Assembly: GCF_051201565.1 (NCBI RefSeq)
Contig: NZ_CP179200.1
Coordinates: forward strand, 690,001 to 722,000
DNA: 32,000 bases
Reading direction: 5' to 3'
Source: Pseudothioglobus sp. nBUS_23
Lineage (GTDB): Bacteria > Pseudomonadota > Gammaproteobacteria > PS1 > Pseudothioglobaceae
Positions 1 through 8,995 of this stretch are shown piece by piece. The notes under the pieces were generated by a model, which saw only the letters and a program-made list of their open reading frames with translations, searched no databases and had not been told where the DNA came from. Numbering within the stretch: position 1 is the first letter of the stretch; every line of letters starts with the position of its first letter. The translations under genes and the position numbers were made by a program.

Positions 1-91
1 GTCCTTCACTGCTATCCTCAAGGGCTTGAACACTAGAGCATCCAAAAAAATAAAATAATAGTGTTAAAAATAGTGAGATTTTATTATTCAT
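1..91 (-). CDS. Partial N-terminus of a putative lipoprotein (runs off the window start)
   Basis: Minus-strand ATG at 89-91. Translation is MNNKISLFLTLLFYFFGCSSVQALEDSSEG: a hydrophobic signal peptide followed by a lipobox-like FFG|C. The frame is open to position 1. Too short for the ORF track. Confidence 0.35.
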   Translation of the reverse strand, partial: MNNKISLFLTLLFYFFGCSSVQALEDSSEG

Positions 92-165
92 ATTTTCATT
101 TTAAATGAGAGATATGCAAACAAGATGAAGATTACAAGTTCTTTAAAAGTAGTTTGATGACAAGC

Positions 166-1221
166 CTAGACTGTATAGCGCTTTTCGGTTTTCAAATCAA
201 ATAAATGGATGTTGTCGGAATCAATTGAAAATTGCTTTTTTGTATTCTTGCTTTCAGGTGAATATACACCAGGGATACTGGCTGTGATAAAGTCACCTGT
301 TGAGGTAAGTTTTCCATGCAGGAGAGTATTAGCACCGAGCGGCTCAGAGTTAAGAATTGTTATCTCAATTGGACCATTATCATCTGGAATTAAATGTTCG
401 GGGCGAAGACCAATTTTCAAAGAGCAATCTCCTTTAGGCCCGGAACCAATTTTAGAGTCACGAATATAAATTTCTTCATTATTAATACTGCCTTCAATAA
501 TATTCATTGCCGGACTCCCAATAAATTGCGCTGCAAAGACTGAGCCCGGTGTTTCATATACCTCAAGAGGCGTGCCAATTTGCTCTGCAATGCCTGCATT
601 CATAACAATCATTCGGTCTGCCATGGTCATCGCTTCAACCTGGTCATGTGTTACATAAAGCGCTGTTACTCCAAGTTTTTCTTGTAATTCGCGAATTTCC
701 AATCGCATTTGAACTCTTAATTTGGCATCAAGGTTCGATAAAGGCTCATCAAATAAAAACACTGCTGGCTCGCGCACGATTGCACGACCCATTGCAACTC
801 TCTGACGCTGCCCGCCTGATAATTGCTTGGGTCTGCGGTCAAGTAATGGCTCCAATTGCAGTAACTTTGCAGCCGCAACTACTTTAGCATCAATTTGATC
901 TTTAGGCATTTTGGCTATCTTGAGACCGTAGCCCATATTTTGACGAACAGACATATGAGGATACAGCGCATAGTTTTGAAAAACCATGGCAATATCTCGA
1001 TCCATGGGTTCCTTTTCATTTACAAAATCTTCGTCAATAAAGATTTCTCCCTCTGTGACGGTTTCTAACCCAGCAATCATTCTAAGAAGCGTAGATTTAC
1101 CACATCCAGAAGGTCCAACAATTACTATAAACTCACCATCTTTGATGTCCGTTGAAATGCCCTGAATAACCTCTGTTGAACCAAATTTTTTCTTGACATT
1201 CTTAAGGGATACTGTTGCCAT
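166..1221 (-). CDS. ugpC: sn-glycerol-3-phosphate ABC transporter ATP-binding protein (MalK/UgpC type)
   Basis: Walker [10 protein letters not shown], signature LSGGQRQR, Walker B FLFDEP and a C-terminal MalK-like regulatory domain. Last gene of a ugpB-A-E-C ordered cluster. Confidence 0.88.
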   Translation of the reverse strand: MATVSLKNVKKKFGSTEVIQGISTDIKDGEFIVIVGPSGCGKSTLLRMIAGLETVTEGEIFIDEDFVNEKEPMDRDIAMVFQNYALYPHMSVRQNMGYGLKIAKMPKDQIDAKVVAAAKLLQLEPLLDRRPKQLSGGQRQRVAMGRAIVREPAVFLFDEPLSNLDAKLRVQMRLEIRELQEKLGVTALYVTHDQVEAMTMADRMIVMNAGIAEQIGTPLEVYETPGSVFAAQFIGSPAMNIIEGSINNEEIYIRDSKIGSGPKGDCSLKIGLRPEHLIPDDNGPIEITILNSEPLGANTLLHGKLTSTGDFITASIPGVYSPESKNTKKQFSIDSDNIHLFDLKTEKRYTV

Positions 1222-1246
1222 AATTTTTCCTATTATCTAATATATT

Positions 1247-2104
1247 CTATTTCTCACTGTCTACCAGGCCTCTGATAAATAGTTTCTGCATTCCAACTAC
1301 AACGATTACAGGTGGAATCATTGCAAGGATTGAAGTAGCCATAATCACGGGCCAATCAGCCACGTCATCACCTGATGGAAACATTTGTTTAATACCCATC
1401 ACAATAGTATTCATTTCGGGCTCTGTTGTTATTAGTAAAGGCCACAGATATTGATTCCAACCATAAATAAATAAGATTACAAATAATGCTGCAATGTTTG
1501 TCCTACTCATTGGCAAGACAATATCCCAAAAGAATCTCATTGGACTGGCGCCATCAACTCTTGAGGCTTCAGCCAACTCATCCGGAATAGTGAGGAAAAA
1601 TTGTCGAAATAAGAATGTTGCAGTAGCTGAAGCAATTAATGGAAAAATGAGACCGCTATAACTATTAAGCATGCCAAAACTTGCTACAACTTCATAGGTA
1701 GGAACAATGCGAACTTCAACAGGTAGCATTAAAGTTAAAAAGATCATCCAAAAGAAAAAAATTCTACCTGGAAAGCGAAAATATACAATTGCAAAAGCAG
1801 ACAGAAGCGAGATAATAATCTTACCAATTGCTATACTAATTGCCATCACAAAACTATTCACTAGCATAGTTGATACAGGAACATTTACACCAGAGAAAAG
1901 CGCTTTTGAGTAATTCTCCCAAAATTGATCACCAGGCCATAGGGGCATTGGTGGTTTTACGATTTCAGGTTGAGTAACCGTTGAGGCAACGAAGGCTAGC
2001 CAAATTGGAAAGAAGATAATCAGAACACCTATAATCATAAAAACATGAGTTAGCCATAAACCTGAGCCTCTTTTTTCAACCATGCCATTAATATTTTTGC
2101 TCAT
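1247..2104 (-). CDS. ugpE: sn-glycerol-3-phosphate ABC transporter permease
   Basis: Polytopic MalG/UgpE-like permease with an EAA-type loop ([24 protein letters not shown]). Its start abuts the ugpA stop, sharing 1 bp. Confidence 0.85.
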   Translation of the reverse strand: MSKNINGMVEKRGSGLWLTHVFMIIGVLIIFFPIWLAFVASTVTQPEIVKPPMPLWPGDQFWENYSKALFSGVNVPVSTMLVNSFVMAISIAIGKIIISLLSAFAIVYFRFPGRIFFFWMIFLTLMLPVEVRIVPTYEVVASFGMLNSYSGLIFPLIASATATFLFRQFFLTIPDELAEASRVDGASPMRFFWDIVLPMSRTNIAALFVILFIYGWNQYLWPLLITTEPEMNTIVMGIKQMFPSGDDVADWPVIMATSILAMIPPVIVVVGMQKLFIRGLVDSEK

Positions 2105-2991
2105 CAGTAGTGCACCTTCTTTTCAATATATTTAAATTGAATGACAGTCAGTAGACCGACCACAAACAACAAGACAACTGATTGTGCTGCAGACGAGCCA
2201 AGATCTTGACCCACAAAACCATCAGCAAATACTTTATAGACTAATATGGTTGTTGACTGCTGAGGTCCACCGGATGTAATTGTATGAATTACACCAAAAG
2301 TTTCAAAGAATGAGTAAACGATATTGACCACCAATAAGAAAAATGCAGTTGGCGATAAGAGAGGTAGAACAACTGTCCAAAAACGTTTCCAAAACCTAGC
2401 CCCATCAATTGCAGCTGCTTCAATTACAGATCGAGGAACAGCTTGAAGTGCGGCTAAAAAGAATAGAAAGTTGTAACTAATGCGTCCCCAAGCCGACGCT
2501 ATAACGACAAGACCCATGGCTTCACCACCATTCAAAACATGATTCCAATCATATCCAAGCTGTCCAAGGTACCACGAAACAACCCCTACACGTGTGTTGA
2601 ACATGAATAACCATAAAACACCTGCAATAGCTGGAGCTACAGCGTAAGGCCAAATGAGCATTGTACGATAGGTTCCGGATCCCTTGATTAGTCGATCTGC
2701 CATCACAGCAAGAAATAGTGCTGGAATCATTGAGCATAGTGTTACAAGAATTGAGAATACCGCAGTGGTTATAAAGGATGCACGATAAAATTTATCACTA
2801 AAAAGAAATTCAAAATTACCTAGACCGACAAAGACTGAAGATAGCCCAAAAGGGTCAGGGATAAAAAGTGACTGCCAAATCGCTTGACCGGCAGGATAGA
2901 AAAAGAAAACAGCAGAAATAATGACTTGCGGAGCAATTAATAAAATGGGCAACCACCAGCCACGAAATGTAACGCGTTGATTCATACTCAA
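2104..2991 (-). CDS. ugpA: sn-glycerol-3-phosphate ABC transporter permease
   Basis: MalF/UgpA-like permease with EAA loop ([21 protein letters not shown]). Positioned between ugpB and ugpE. Confidence 0.85.
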   Translation of the reverse strand: MSMNQRVTFRGWWLPILLIAPQVIISAVFFFYPAGQAIWQSLFIPDPFGLSSVFVGLGNFEFLFSDKFYRASFITTAVFSILVTLCSMIPALFLAVMADRLIKGSGTYRTMLIWPYAVAPAIAGVLWLFMFNTRVGVVSWYLGQLGYDWNHVLNGGEAMGLVVIASAWGRISYNFLFFLAALQAVPRSVIEAAAIDGARFWKRFWTVVLPLLSPTAFFLLVVNIVYSFFETFGVIHTITSGGPQQSTTILVYKVFADGFVGQDLGSSAAQSVVLLFVVGLLTVIQFKYIEKKVHY

Positions 2992-3003
2992 GTATTTTAA
3001 AGT

Positions 3004-3034
3004 AGGCAGGCCTTAAGAAGGCCTGCCTTTTTTT
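3004..3034. promoter_or_regulatory. GC-rich intercistronic stem-loop between ugpB and ugpA
   Basis: AGGCAGGCCTT-AAG-AAGGCCTGCCT forms a perfect 11-bp stem (3004-3028), followed by a T7 run on the + strand. It lies in the 48-bp gap between the ugpB stop (3040) and the ugpA start (2991). Confidence 0.55.
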
Positions 3035-3039
3035 AAGTC

Positions 3040-4350
3040 TTAACGATTTGCTGACTCAAAGCGGCGTAGTAAAGCATCACCACGCTCTTTTGCGCTATCC
3101 ATCGCTTCTTGGGCTGATTTATCACCAGACCAAATAGCTTCAAGTTCCTCATCAATCAGACCACGAATCTGGTCATAGGATCCAAGACGTAAACCGTTAG
3201 AGTTCGCCGTTGGCTTATTTGCCGTCATCTGAATTACAGCAACTTCTGTGCCAAGATTTTCAGCGTAGAAGCCAGATGCACGTGTTGCATCTCCAGCCGC
3301 AACCGTAATTGGTAAGTAGCCTGTGTCTTGATGCCACTGTGCTTGAACATCAGTTGATGACAAGTAGCTCAAGAATTCACCAGCACCCTTATATTCAGCA
3401 TCACTATGTCCTTCCATTACCCATAATGAAGCACCACCAATGATTGTATTTTGAGGGCTGTTTCCAACACCTTTCCAGTAAGGTAATGGGCGAACTTCAA
3501 AGTCGAATTCAGCTTCTTTTTTAATACCAGCATATCCAGCTGAACTTTCGGTAAATAATGCACATTCACCAGCACGGAAGTTTGCTCCACCTTCATTTCT
3601 ACGTCCAGTATAAATGAACTTACCATCTTTAGCCCATTGCCCCATTGCTGAAAGGTGAGCTACCTGAGCTGGACCATTTAAAGTCAACTCCGTATCTAGG
3701 CCTGCGAAGCCATTATCCTTAGTTGCAAAAGGCACGTCATGGTAGGCTGAGAAGTTTTCAAGGTGAATCCAGCTCTGCCAAGCAGTTACAAGTGGGCATT
3801 CTTCACCACCAGCTTTCAAAGCAGTTAAAGCTGTTCCAACACTCTGCCAAGTAGATAGATCAGTATCTGGATCAACACCTGCTGCTGCCATTGCGTCGCG
3901 GTTTACCCATAGAACTGGCGTTGACGCGTTGAAAGGAAGTGATAACATGTCACCCTCTGTAGATGTGTAGTATCCTTTGACCGCACCAATATATGCATCT
4001 TGGTCAAATTCTGCACCACTAAGTTCCATCACTTCATGCATTGGACGTACCGCTCCACGGGCAGCCATCATAGTCGCAGTTCCAACTTCAAAAACCATAA
4101 GGATATGTGGCTGTTCATTCGCACGGAATGCTGCAATACCTGAGTTAAGAGTTTCAGAGTAGTTACCCTTGTGAGTTTGAACGACTTTATAGTCGCTTTG
4201 GCTTGCGTTAAAATCATTAACTTGGGCTGCAACGAGCTCTCCAAGGCGACCAGTAAAGGCATGCCAGAAATGCACTTCAGTAGGCTCAGCTACTGATATT
4301 GGCGAGAACAATGTTGCTGCTACCAGTATTCCTGATAGATATTTTTTCAT
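3040..4350 (-). CDS. ugpB: sn-glycerol-3-phosphate ABC transporter periplasmic substrate-binding protein
   Basis: 436 aa with an N-terminal signal peptide (MKKYLSGILVAATLFSPISVA). UgpB-like N-terminal block (VHFWHAF...NDFNASQSDYKVV). First gene of the ugp cluster. Confidence 0.85.
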   Translation of the reverse strand: MKKYLSGILVAATLFSPISVAEPTEVHFWHAFTGRLGELVAAQVNDFNASQSDYKVVQTHKGNYSETLNSGIAAFRANEQPHILMVFEVGTATMMAARGAVRPMHEVMELSGAEFDQDAYIGAVKGYYTSTEGDMLSLPFNASTPVLWVNRDAMAAAGVDPDTDLSTWQSVGTALTALKAGGEECPLVTAWQSWIHLENFSAYHDVPFATKDNGFAGLDTELTLNGPAQVAHLSAMGQWAKDGKFIYTGRRNEGGANFRAGECALFTESSAGYAGIKKEAEFDFEVRPLPYWKGVGNSPQNTIIGGASLWVMEGHSDAEYKGAGEFLSYLSSTDVQAQWHQDTGYLPITVAAGDATRASGFYAENLGTEVAVIQMTANKPTANSNGLRLGSYDQIRGLIDEELEAIWSGDKSAQEAMDSAKERGDALLRRFESANR

Positions 4351-4744
4351 ATTTTCTCCTTTGCACCCATTTAGATGCTTAGTTAAAAAAAAGAAGCCAA
4401 AAGGTTTTGACTTCAGTTAAGTTTATATTTTTTAAAGTAAATGATTGGCGTTACCAAACTTACTTTATTGATTTCATATTCTTGAAAAATACTAATCGAG
4501 ATTTAGTATACATCAAGATGTAATCATATAAATCAATTTTGCCCAAATATTAGTACATTGTTCCACTATATGAAACAAACAAGTAAATAAAAAAATTAAA
4601 ATCTATAAAGTTTTTACACATGAAAAGAACTTATATAAATTATAAGTATTCAAATTTTGAAGTTTGATTACTCAATAAGTGGTCTTATTTGGAGTTATTA
4701 TGATTTGAGATTAAATGAAAGTTTCCTTAAAAGAGAGGTCTACC

Positions 4745-5845
4745 TTAATTATTCTCATAAACTCTGTTATGAGTATCATAGCATCGAATGAACGTTGCGC
4801 ATCTCATTAAGTGTTTCAGTCTCTGGGCTCCTGCATATGTGCAAGAACTCCTTATACCTCCTAAGATGTCTTGAATTGTATTAGACACTTCTCCTCGATA
4901 GGGAACTAATACTTCTCGTCCCTCTGAACTTCTGTAATCCTTTAGGCCGCCAAAGTGCTTAACATTTGCCGCATCTGAACTCATGCCATAAAACTGAATA
5001 AATGATTTTTCTTCGGTCACGCCAACTTCTTTTGTAAGGTACTCTTTAGTAACAACTTTGCCTCCGCCTTCGTCGTGGCCAGCTAACATTCCACCTAGCA
5101 TCACATAGTCGGCTCCTCCAGCAAATGCTTTTACGACGTCACCAGGAGTCGCGCAGCCGCCATCGGCAATAATGTGTCCGCCCAGTCCATGAGCCGCATC
5201 GGCACACTCTATGACTGCTGATAATTGAGGGTAGCCAATCCCGGTTTGAATGCGCGTTGTGCAAACGCTACCAGGCCCGATTCCAACTTTGACAATGTCA
5301 GCACCATTTAAAATTAGCTCTTCAGTCATTTCGCCAGTAACTACATTACCAGCAATGATTACCATGTATGGATACTGCTTTCTAAATTTTCTAACAAAGT
5401 TACTAAATCGCTCGCTGTATCCATTTGCTACGTCAATACAAACATACTTTAGATTGCCTTTATCGACTTGATTGTATACCTCTTTAAATTTTTCAGAATC
5501 ATTGTCTGTAATCCCAATACTCATTGCAACATGCTCTCTTCTGAAATCATGATCTGCATTAAAGTAATCAACTAATTCGTCTACCTGTAATGTTTTAACA
5601 AGACAGGTAAATATTTTTTGTTTGGCAAGGGTGTCTGCCATATCAAATGTTCCCACGCCATCCATATTAGAGGCCATGATAGGAACGCCTCTGTAATGCC
5701 TATAATCGTCTATTGTCTCGCCCTGATAATTTCGAAATTTAAAGCCTCGTTCTAAGTCAACTTCCTTGCGAGAGCCTAATGTGCTTCGTTTAGGTCTAAT
5801 TAGAACATTGTTATAATCAAGCTTTATATCTTCTTCAATTCTCAT
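4745..5845 (-). CDS. guaC: GMP reductase
   Basis: The N-terminus [23 protein letters not shown] closely matches enterobacterial GuaC. IMPDH/GMPR TIM-barrel motifs are present ([11 protein letters not shown]). Confidence 0.9.
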   Translation of the reverse strand: MRIEEDIKLDYNNVLIRPKRSTLGSRKEVDLERGFKFRNYQGETIDDYRHYRGVPIMASNMDGVGTFDMADTLAKQKIFTCLVKTLQVDELVDYFNADHDFRREHVAMSIGITDNDSEKFKEVYNQVDKGNLKYVCIDVANGYSERFSNFVRKFRKQYPYMVIIAGNVVTGEMTEELILNGADIVKVGIGPGSVCTTRIQTGIGYPQLSAVIECADAAHGLGGHIIADGGCATPGDVVKAFAGGADYVMLGGMLAGHDEGGGKVVTKEYLTKEVGVTEEKSFIQFYGMSSDAANVKHFGGLKDYRSSEGREVLVPYRGEVSNTIQDILGGIRSSCTYAGAQRLKHLMRCATFIRCYDTHNRVYENN

Positions 5846-5946
5846 CTCTTAACCCCTAATTATTTAATTAATTTAAAGAATATTTTGTTATTATTGTTAT
5901 ACCCTTAAATTCCTCCATCTTTAAAACAGTATTCTACAAAAAAATG

Positions 5947-6360
5947 CTAAATTAATTCTCCGTCTTTGTAATTGCCCTCGAATATTTTATTTCCACTTTC
6001 ATCCCACTTGGTCCAAGTGCCATTCTTTTTTTCTTTCCGATACAACCCTTCCTCGCATTTTTGTCCGTTATCATGCCATGAGATCCATCTCCCTTCATAG
6101 AGACCATCAACATCTATACTCTCTCTCATTTTTTGACCATTTTCATGCCAATAGATATGGTTTCCATGCCAAACATTGTTTTTAAATGACTCTTTACTTT
6201 TGAGTTGACCATTCTCATACCATTCAAGCCATTTCCCTTGTTTGCTTCCATCAACCCAAAGGCCTTCTGAGGATTTTTTACCTGAAGGATGCCAGCAAGT
6301 TTCAATGCCATTTTTAAAGCCATTATTATCTTTTTGCATATAGGGATTATAAGTCAACAC
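5947..6360 (-). CDS. MORN-variant repeat protein (YwqK-like family)
   Basis: Repeated W-x-x-NGQ/G-x-W-x-x-W units (WLEWYENGQLKS, IYWHENGQKMRE, ISWHDNGQKCEE, WTKWDESGNKIFE). The track start is a GTG at 6360; an ATG alternative is at 6339. Confidence 0.65.
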   Translation of the reverse strand: MLTYNPYMQKDNNGFKNGIETCWHPSGKKSSEGLWVDGSKQGKWLEWYENGQLKSKESFKNNVWHGNHIYWHENGQKMRESIDVDGLYEGRWISWHDNGQKCEEGLYRKEKKNGTWTKWDESGNKIFEGNYKDGELI

Positions 6361-6370
6361 AAATTAAAGG

Positions 6371-6400
6371 CCAAACTTTGTAGGATGTGTGAGGGCAAGG
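6371..6400 (+). repeat. Intergenic repeat family, diverged copy
   Basis: CCAAACTTTGTAGGATGTGTGAGGGCAAGG aligns to copy 6760-6790 (CCAAATTTCGTTTGATATGTGAGGTAGGGTG), matching about 19 of 25 positions by eye. Confidence 0.45.
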
Positions 6401-6416
6401 AAAAAATAGATGAGCG

Positions 6417-6749
6417 CTATTGACTCAATAATTCATTCATCAATTCTTGAGAAGCTTCTATTCCTTTGTCTATTGGTCTGCATACAAGCTCTCTTAACAT
6501 AGGCTCCACTAATGAGCTTATCGCTTTATATGAATCACTTCCTTTGACCAGGTGACCAAATCCCTCCTTCATATGTCTTTCAAGTTCTTCAGTAATATCT
6601 TTGCTTTCACAATCTGTTGATTGAAGTCTCTCAATTGTAATACTAGCAGCAGTTTCTTTGACTGGAGTATCGTCTGTATAAGCTGAAAGGCTAGAGATTA
6701 GTATTAGAAGTAGCACTAGTTTTTTCATATTTGAATTATAATTCAACAT
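6417..6749 (-). CDS. Small secreted hypothetical protein
   Basis: 110-aa ORF. The likely real start is MKKLVLLLILISSLSA at 6728 (signal peptide). Two Cys residues in the mature part. No family recognised. Confidence 0.5.
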   Translation of the reverse strand: MLNYNSNMKKLVLLLILISSLSAYTDDTPVKETAASITIERLQSTDCESKDITEELERHMKEGFGHLVKGSDSYKAISSLVEPMLRELVCRPIDKGIEASQELMNELLSQ

Positions 6750-6757
6750 GGACTAAA

Positions 6758-6805
6758 GTCCAAATTTCGTTTGATATGTGAGGTAGGGTGTGTATATCTC
6801 AAACT
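6758..6805 (+). repeat. Intergenic repeat family, copy with hairpin
   Basis: GTCCAAATTTCGTTTGATATGTGAGGTAGGGTGTGTATATCTCAAACTT. The core CAAATTTCGTTTGAT is shared exactly with copy 7874-7888. Arms GTTTGATAT (6769-6777) and ATATC(TC)AAAC (6794-6804) can pair. Confidence 0.6.
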
Positions 6806-7713
6806 TACTTAAGTTTAGCCATCTCTCTTATATGAGCAGGCCTTGTTTCACAACACCCACCCAAAATGGTTGCTCCTGCCTCTTTAAAAGTTTTTACAAA
6901 CTCTGACATTTTTGCTGGAGTTAGGTCTTCTCTGCTTCCTAAGAATTCGTTTGGATTTCCTGATGTACTTTTATTAAAAGTATTTGTATAGCCATCTTTA
7001 GGTTTAGTTGTTACAAATCCATTTAGCTTAAAACCAAAAGGTACGCCTAAATTTTTTATTTCATCTAAATTTTGCTCGAAATTTTCAGGTGATACACATG
7101 AAAGCATCAATCCTAAAAGGTTTTGATGATTAATTTTATGAATAATATCTGAAATTTTTTCACCACTAGGTAGCTTAACACCCTCAGAAATATGGGCGCC
7201 TATTAAGTAAGGTTTGTTTAAAGTCTTTATAGCTTCAATAGCTAACTGAATCTCTCTAACACTGCCTAAAACATCGAAATAAAAAAAATCAACAAAAGGG
7301 TTTAATAGTTTTGCTTGTTCATAAAAATTTTCTTTAATCTCAGAATCAGACCTTGTATCTGAATCATAAGTTAAGTATTGAGGCGGCAATCCTCCTGCAA
7401 CTAAAATATGAGGATTTAAATCCTTAGCTTTTTTTGCAATCTCACCTGCCTTAGTATTTAAATATTCGAATTTATCTTCAACATTATTATCTCTGAGCCT
7501 CAGCCTTCTTGTTGTAAATGTAGCAGTTACAATAATTTCAGCACCAGCGTTTATAAAATCTAAATGCGTTTCAAGTAAAAGTTGATGATACTTTTCTTGA
7601 AGCAAGGCGTTAGCACTCCATAAAGTTCCATTAGGCTTCATACCTCTTGCTAGCAATTCTTGACCCATGCCTCCATCAAAAATTCTTGTTTTCTTAAAAA
7701 AATTTAAATTCAT
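6805..7713 (-). CDS. Homocysteine S-methyltransferase family protein (MmuM/BhmT-like, Zn-dependent)
   Basis: N-terminal DGGMGQEL and C-terminal GGCCETRPAHI, the Zn-binding Cys motifs typical of the Pfam S-methyl_trans fold. 302 aa. Visibly AT-rich. Confidence 0.78.
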   Translation of the reverse strand: MNLNFFKKTRIFDGGMGQELLARGMKPNGTLWSANALLQEKYHQLLLETHLDFINAGAEIIVTATFTTRRLRLRDNNVEDKFEYLNTKAGEIAKKAKDLNPHILVAGGLPPQYLTYDSDTRSDSEIKENFYEQAKLLNPFVDFFYFDVLGSVREIQLAIEAIKTLNKPYLIGAHISEGVKLPSGEKISDIIHKINHQNLLGLMLSCVSPENFEQNLDEIKNLGVPFGFKLNGFVTTKPKDGYTNTFNKSTSGNPNEFLGSREDLTPAKMSEFVKTFKEAGATILGGCCETRPAHIREMAKLK

Positions 7714-7871
7714 TTTGTTTTCTTTCTTCTAGTTTTATTTGCAAAGATTACTTTTAAAAAAGTAAGATTTTAATCATTATTTTTTTGAAAGCACGCTTAT
7801 TAAAAATATGAGGTTTATCTACTAAACTATCTAAGGTAATTAGAAGAATTTTCTATGACGATTCTTTTGTA

Positions 7872-7920
7872 GGTCAAATTTCGTTTGATTTGTTATTAAG
7901 AGAGAGGGTAAATCTAAACT
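7872..7920 (+). repeat. Intergenic repeat family, copy with hairpin
   Basis: GGTCAAATTTCGTTTGATTTGTTATTAAGAGAGAGGGTAAATCTAAACT. Arms GTTTGATTT (7883-7891) and AAATC(T)AAAC (7910-7919) can pair. One pair is swapped relative to copy 6758-6805. Confidence 0.6.
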
Positions 7921-7943
7921 ATAATTTAAGTAATTAAAAATTA

Positions 7944-8288
7944 ATGGAAATAATAATGTCAGTAAATTTTAAAACTTATAGTGATACTTGGATTAAGGCT
8001 GTCAATGATAAAGATGTAAATAGTATGTCTGATGTTTTATCAAATGACTTTATCTGGGTAAATGATAGATTCAATTTTAAACTAGACAAAAAAGAGACTA
8101 TAGATTGGTGCAAAGACACTAATTTCCAAGCTGTAGATTTTTTATGCTGTTATGAAAATGATGAGGTTATAGTAGGTACTCATAACGTAATAGAGCCAAA
8201 CGCCCTAGATTCAACTGTGATGTTTATAGCTAAAATTGAAGACGGTAAAATTATTTCTCATCAATATCTTCGAGAGTTTCAAAGATAG
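7944..8288 (+). CDS. SnoaL-like / NTF2-fold small protein (DUF4440-like)
   Basis: 114 aa of typical size. The layout (W..AVN..D...........F..V.......K.E....) resembles NTF2-like proteins. Weak assignment made by eye. An alternative start is at 7956. Confidence 0.5.
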   Translation: MEIIMSVNFKTYSDTWIKAVNDKDVNSMSDVLSNDFIWVNDRFNFKLDKKETIDWCKDTNFQAVDFLCCYENDEVIVGTHNVIEPNALDSTVMFIAKIEDGKIISHQYLREFQR

Positions 8289-8293
8289 TTATT

Positions 8294-8325
8294 CAAATTT
8301 CTTTTGATATTTTCATGGGAGTTTT
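8294..8325 (+). repeat. Intergenic repeat family, copy
   Basis: CAAATTTCTTTTGATATTTTCATGGGAGTTTT. 17 of the first 19 nt are identical to copy 6761-6779. Located between the convergent SnoaL-like and DUF1826-like genes. Confidence 0.55.
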
Positions 8326-8995
8326 ATTCATCAATAAAATCAAGTGTTAGAATAAGTCGATTTGTTTGATCAATCAATTGAGGGGATCGATGAATAAGGC
8401 CAGCCCCTTGATTGCCTTCCCAGGATTCTCCCTTAAGTAGAGCTACCTCTCCCTGGTGTAGTTGCTGTATGTCCTCTAAAGTATTAAAAAGTCCCGACTG
8501 ATCATCTGGCATGCCTTTGCTTCCGTGACCTAATTTGGAGCGATCAGCAGCGTGGTGAGGCAGCCATTCAGTGGCAATCCCATGATAAGTAGTTATGAGT
8601 CTGCATGGGACTCGATCTACATGGAACTTAGGACACATCGCACTATTCAAAACAGATAGTCTCAAGCCAGTACGATTAAGACCAAACAAGCAGCAAAACA
8701 TATCGACCAGTTCTGAAATATCCTCACTCAAGAGTTCAGACATTTTCGATCCTCCGAGCAATTCATTGACAGAAGAGTAGGCATCTTGAGGAGTAACGAT
8801 TTGAGATATTTGTAGAGCTGGATTCGAATATATAACGCTTTCAGAGGCATCGGCTATTAAATGAGAAAGTTTGCGTTGCCAGGTCACTATATTTATATCC
8901 TCTATGTAAATATCTTTTAAGACTTCAGGATCTGTTCCTACAATGCTCCGTGCTAATGATGTGTTTGACATTGACGAATCAAGGATTGAACTCAT
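8324..8995 (-). CDS. DUF1826-like protein of unknown function
   Basis: 223 aa. The block [28 protein letters not shown] matches my recollection of the DUF1826 signature (FHvD...RLl.TY.G.GTeW). Its start overlaps the stop of the upstream GTPase gene by 4 bp. Confidence 0.6.
   Translation of the reverse strand: MSSILDSSMSNTSLARSIVGTDPEVLKDIYIEDINIVTWQRKLSHLIADASESVIYSNPALQISQIVTPQDAYSSVNELLGGSKMSELLSEDISELVDMFCCLFGLNRTGLRLSVLNSAMCPKFHVDRVPCRLITTYHGIATEWLPHHAADRSKLGHGSKGMPDDQSGLFNTLEDIQQLHQGEVALLKGESWEGNQGAGLIHRSPQLIDQTNRLILTLDFIDE

Noticed and set aside
4351-4744. tRNA, small RNA gene or canonical Pho box in the long ugpB upstream region
   Set aside because: There is no GC-rich cloverleaf-capable segment, and no CTGTCAT (or its complement) on either strand. 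Only the length and AT-richness stand out, and these are reported as a low-interest finding.
5947-6360. Toxin-antitoxin module, based on the YwqK-antitoxin label of MORN-variant proteins (also 13194-13580)
   Set aside because: Neither copy has an adjacent toxin-like gene such as a YwqJ-type deaminase or nuclease. The label is family-name carry-over, and no TA system is supported here.
7714-7943. SAM or methionine riboswitch, or a MetJ/MetR site, in the 230-bp leader of the homocysteine S-methyltransferase gene
   Set aside because: I saw only weak AT-rich hairpins. There is nothing I can align to SAM-I, SAM-II or SAM-V consensus features from memory, and no AGACGTCT met boxes. A covariance-model scan would be needed.
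6361-8325. Integron gene-cassette array with attC sites
   Set aside because: The repeats are only about 45-50 bp. I could not identify paired RYYYAAC/GTTRRRY core sites. The flanked genes are not all in one orientation, and there is no intI or attI in the window.
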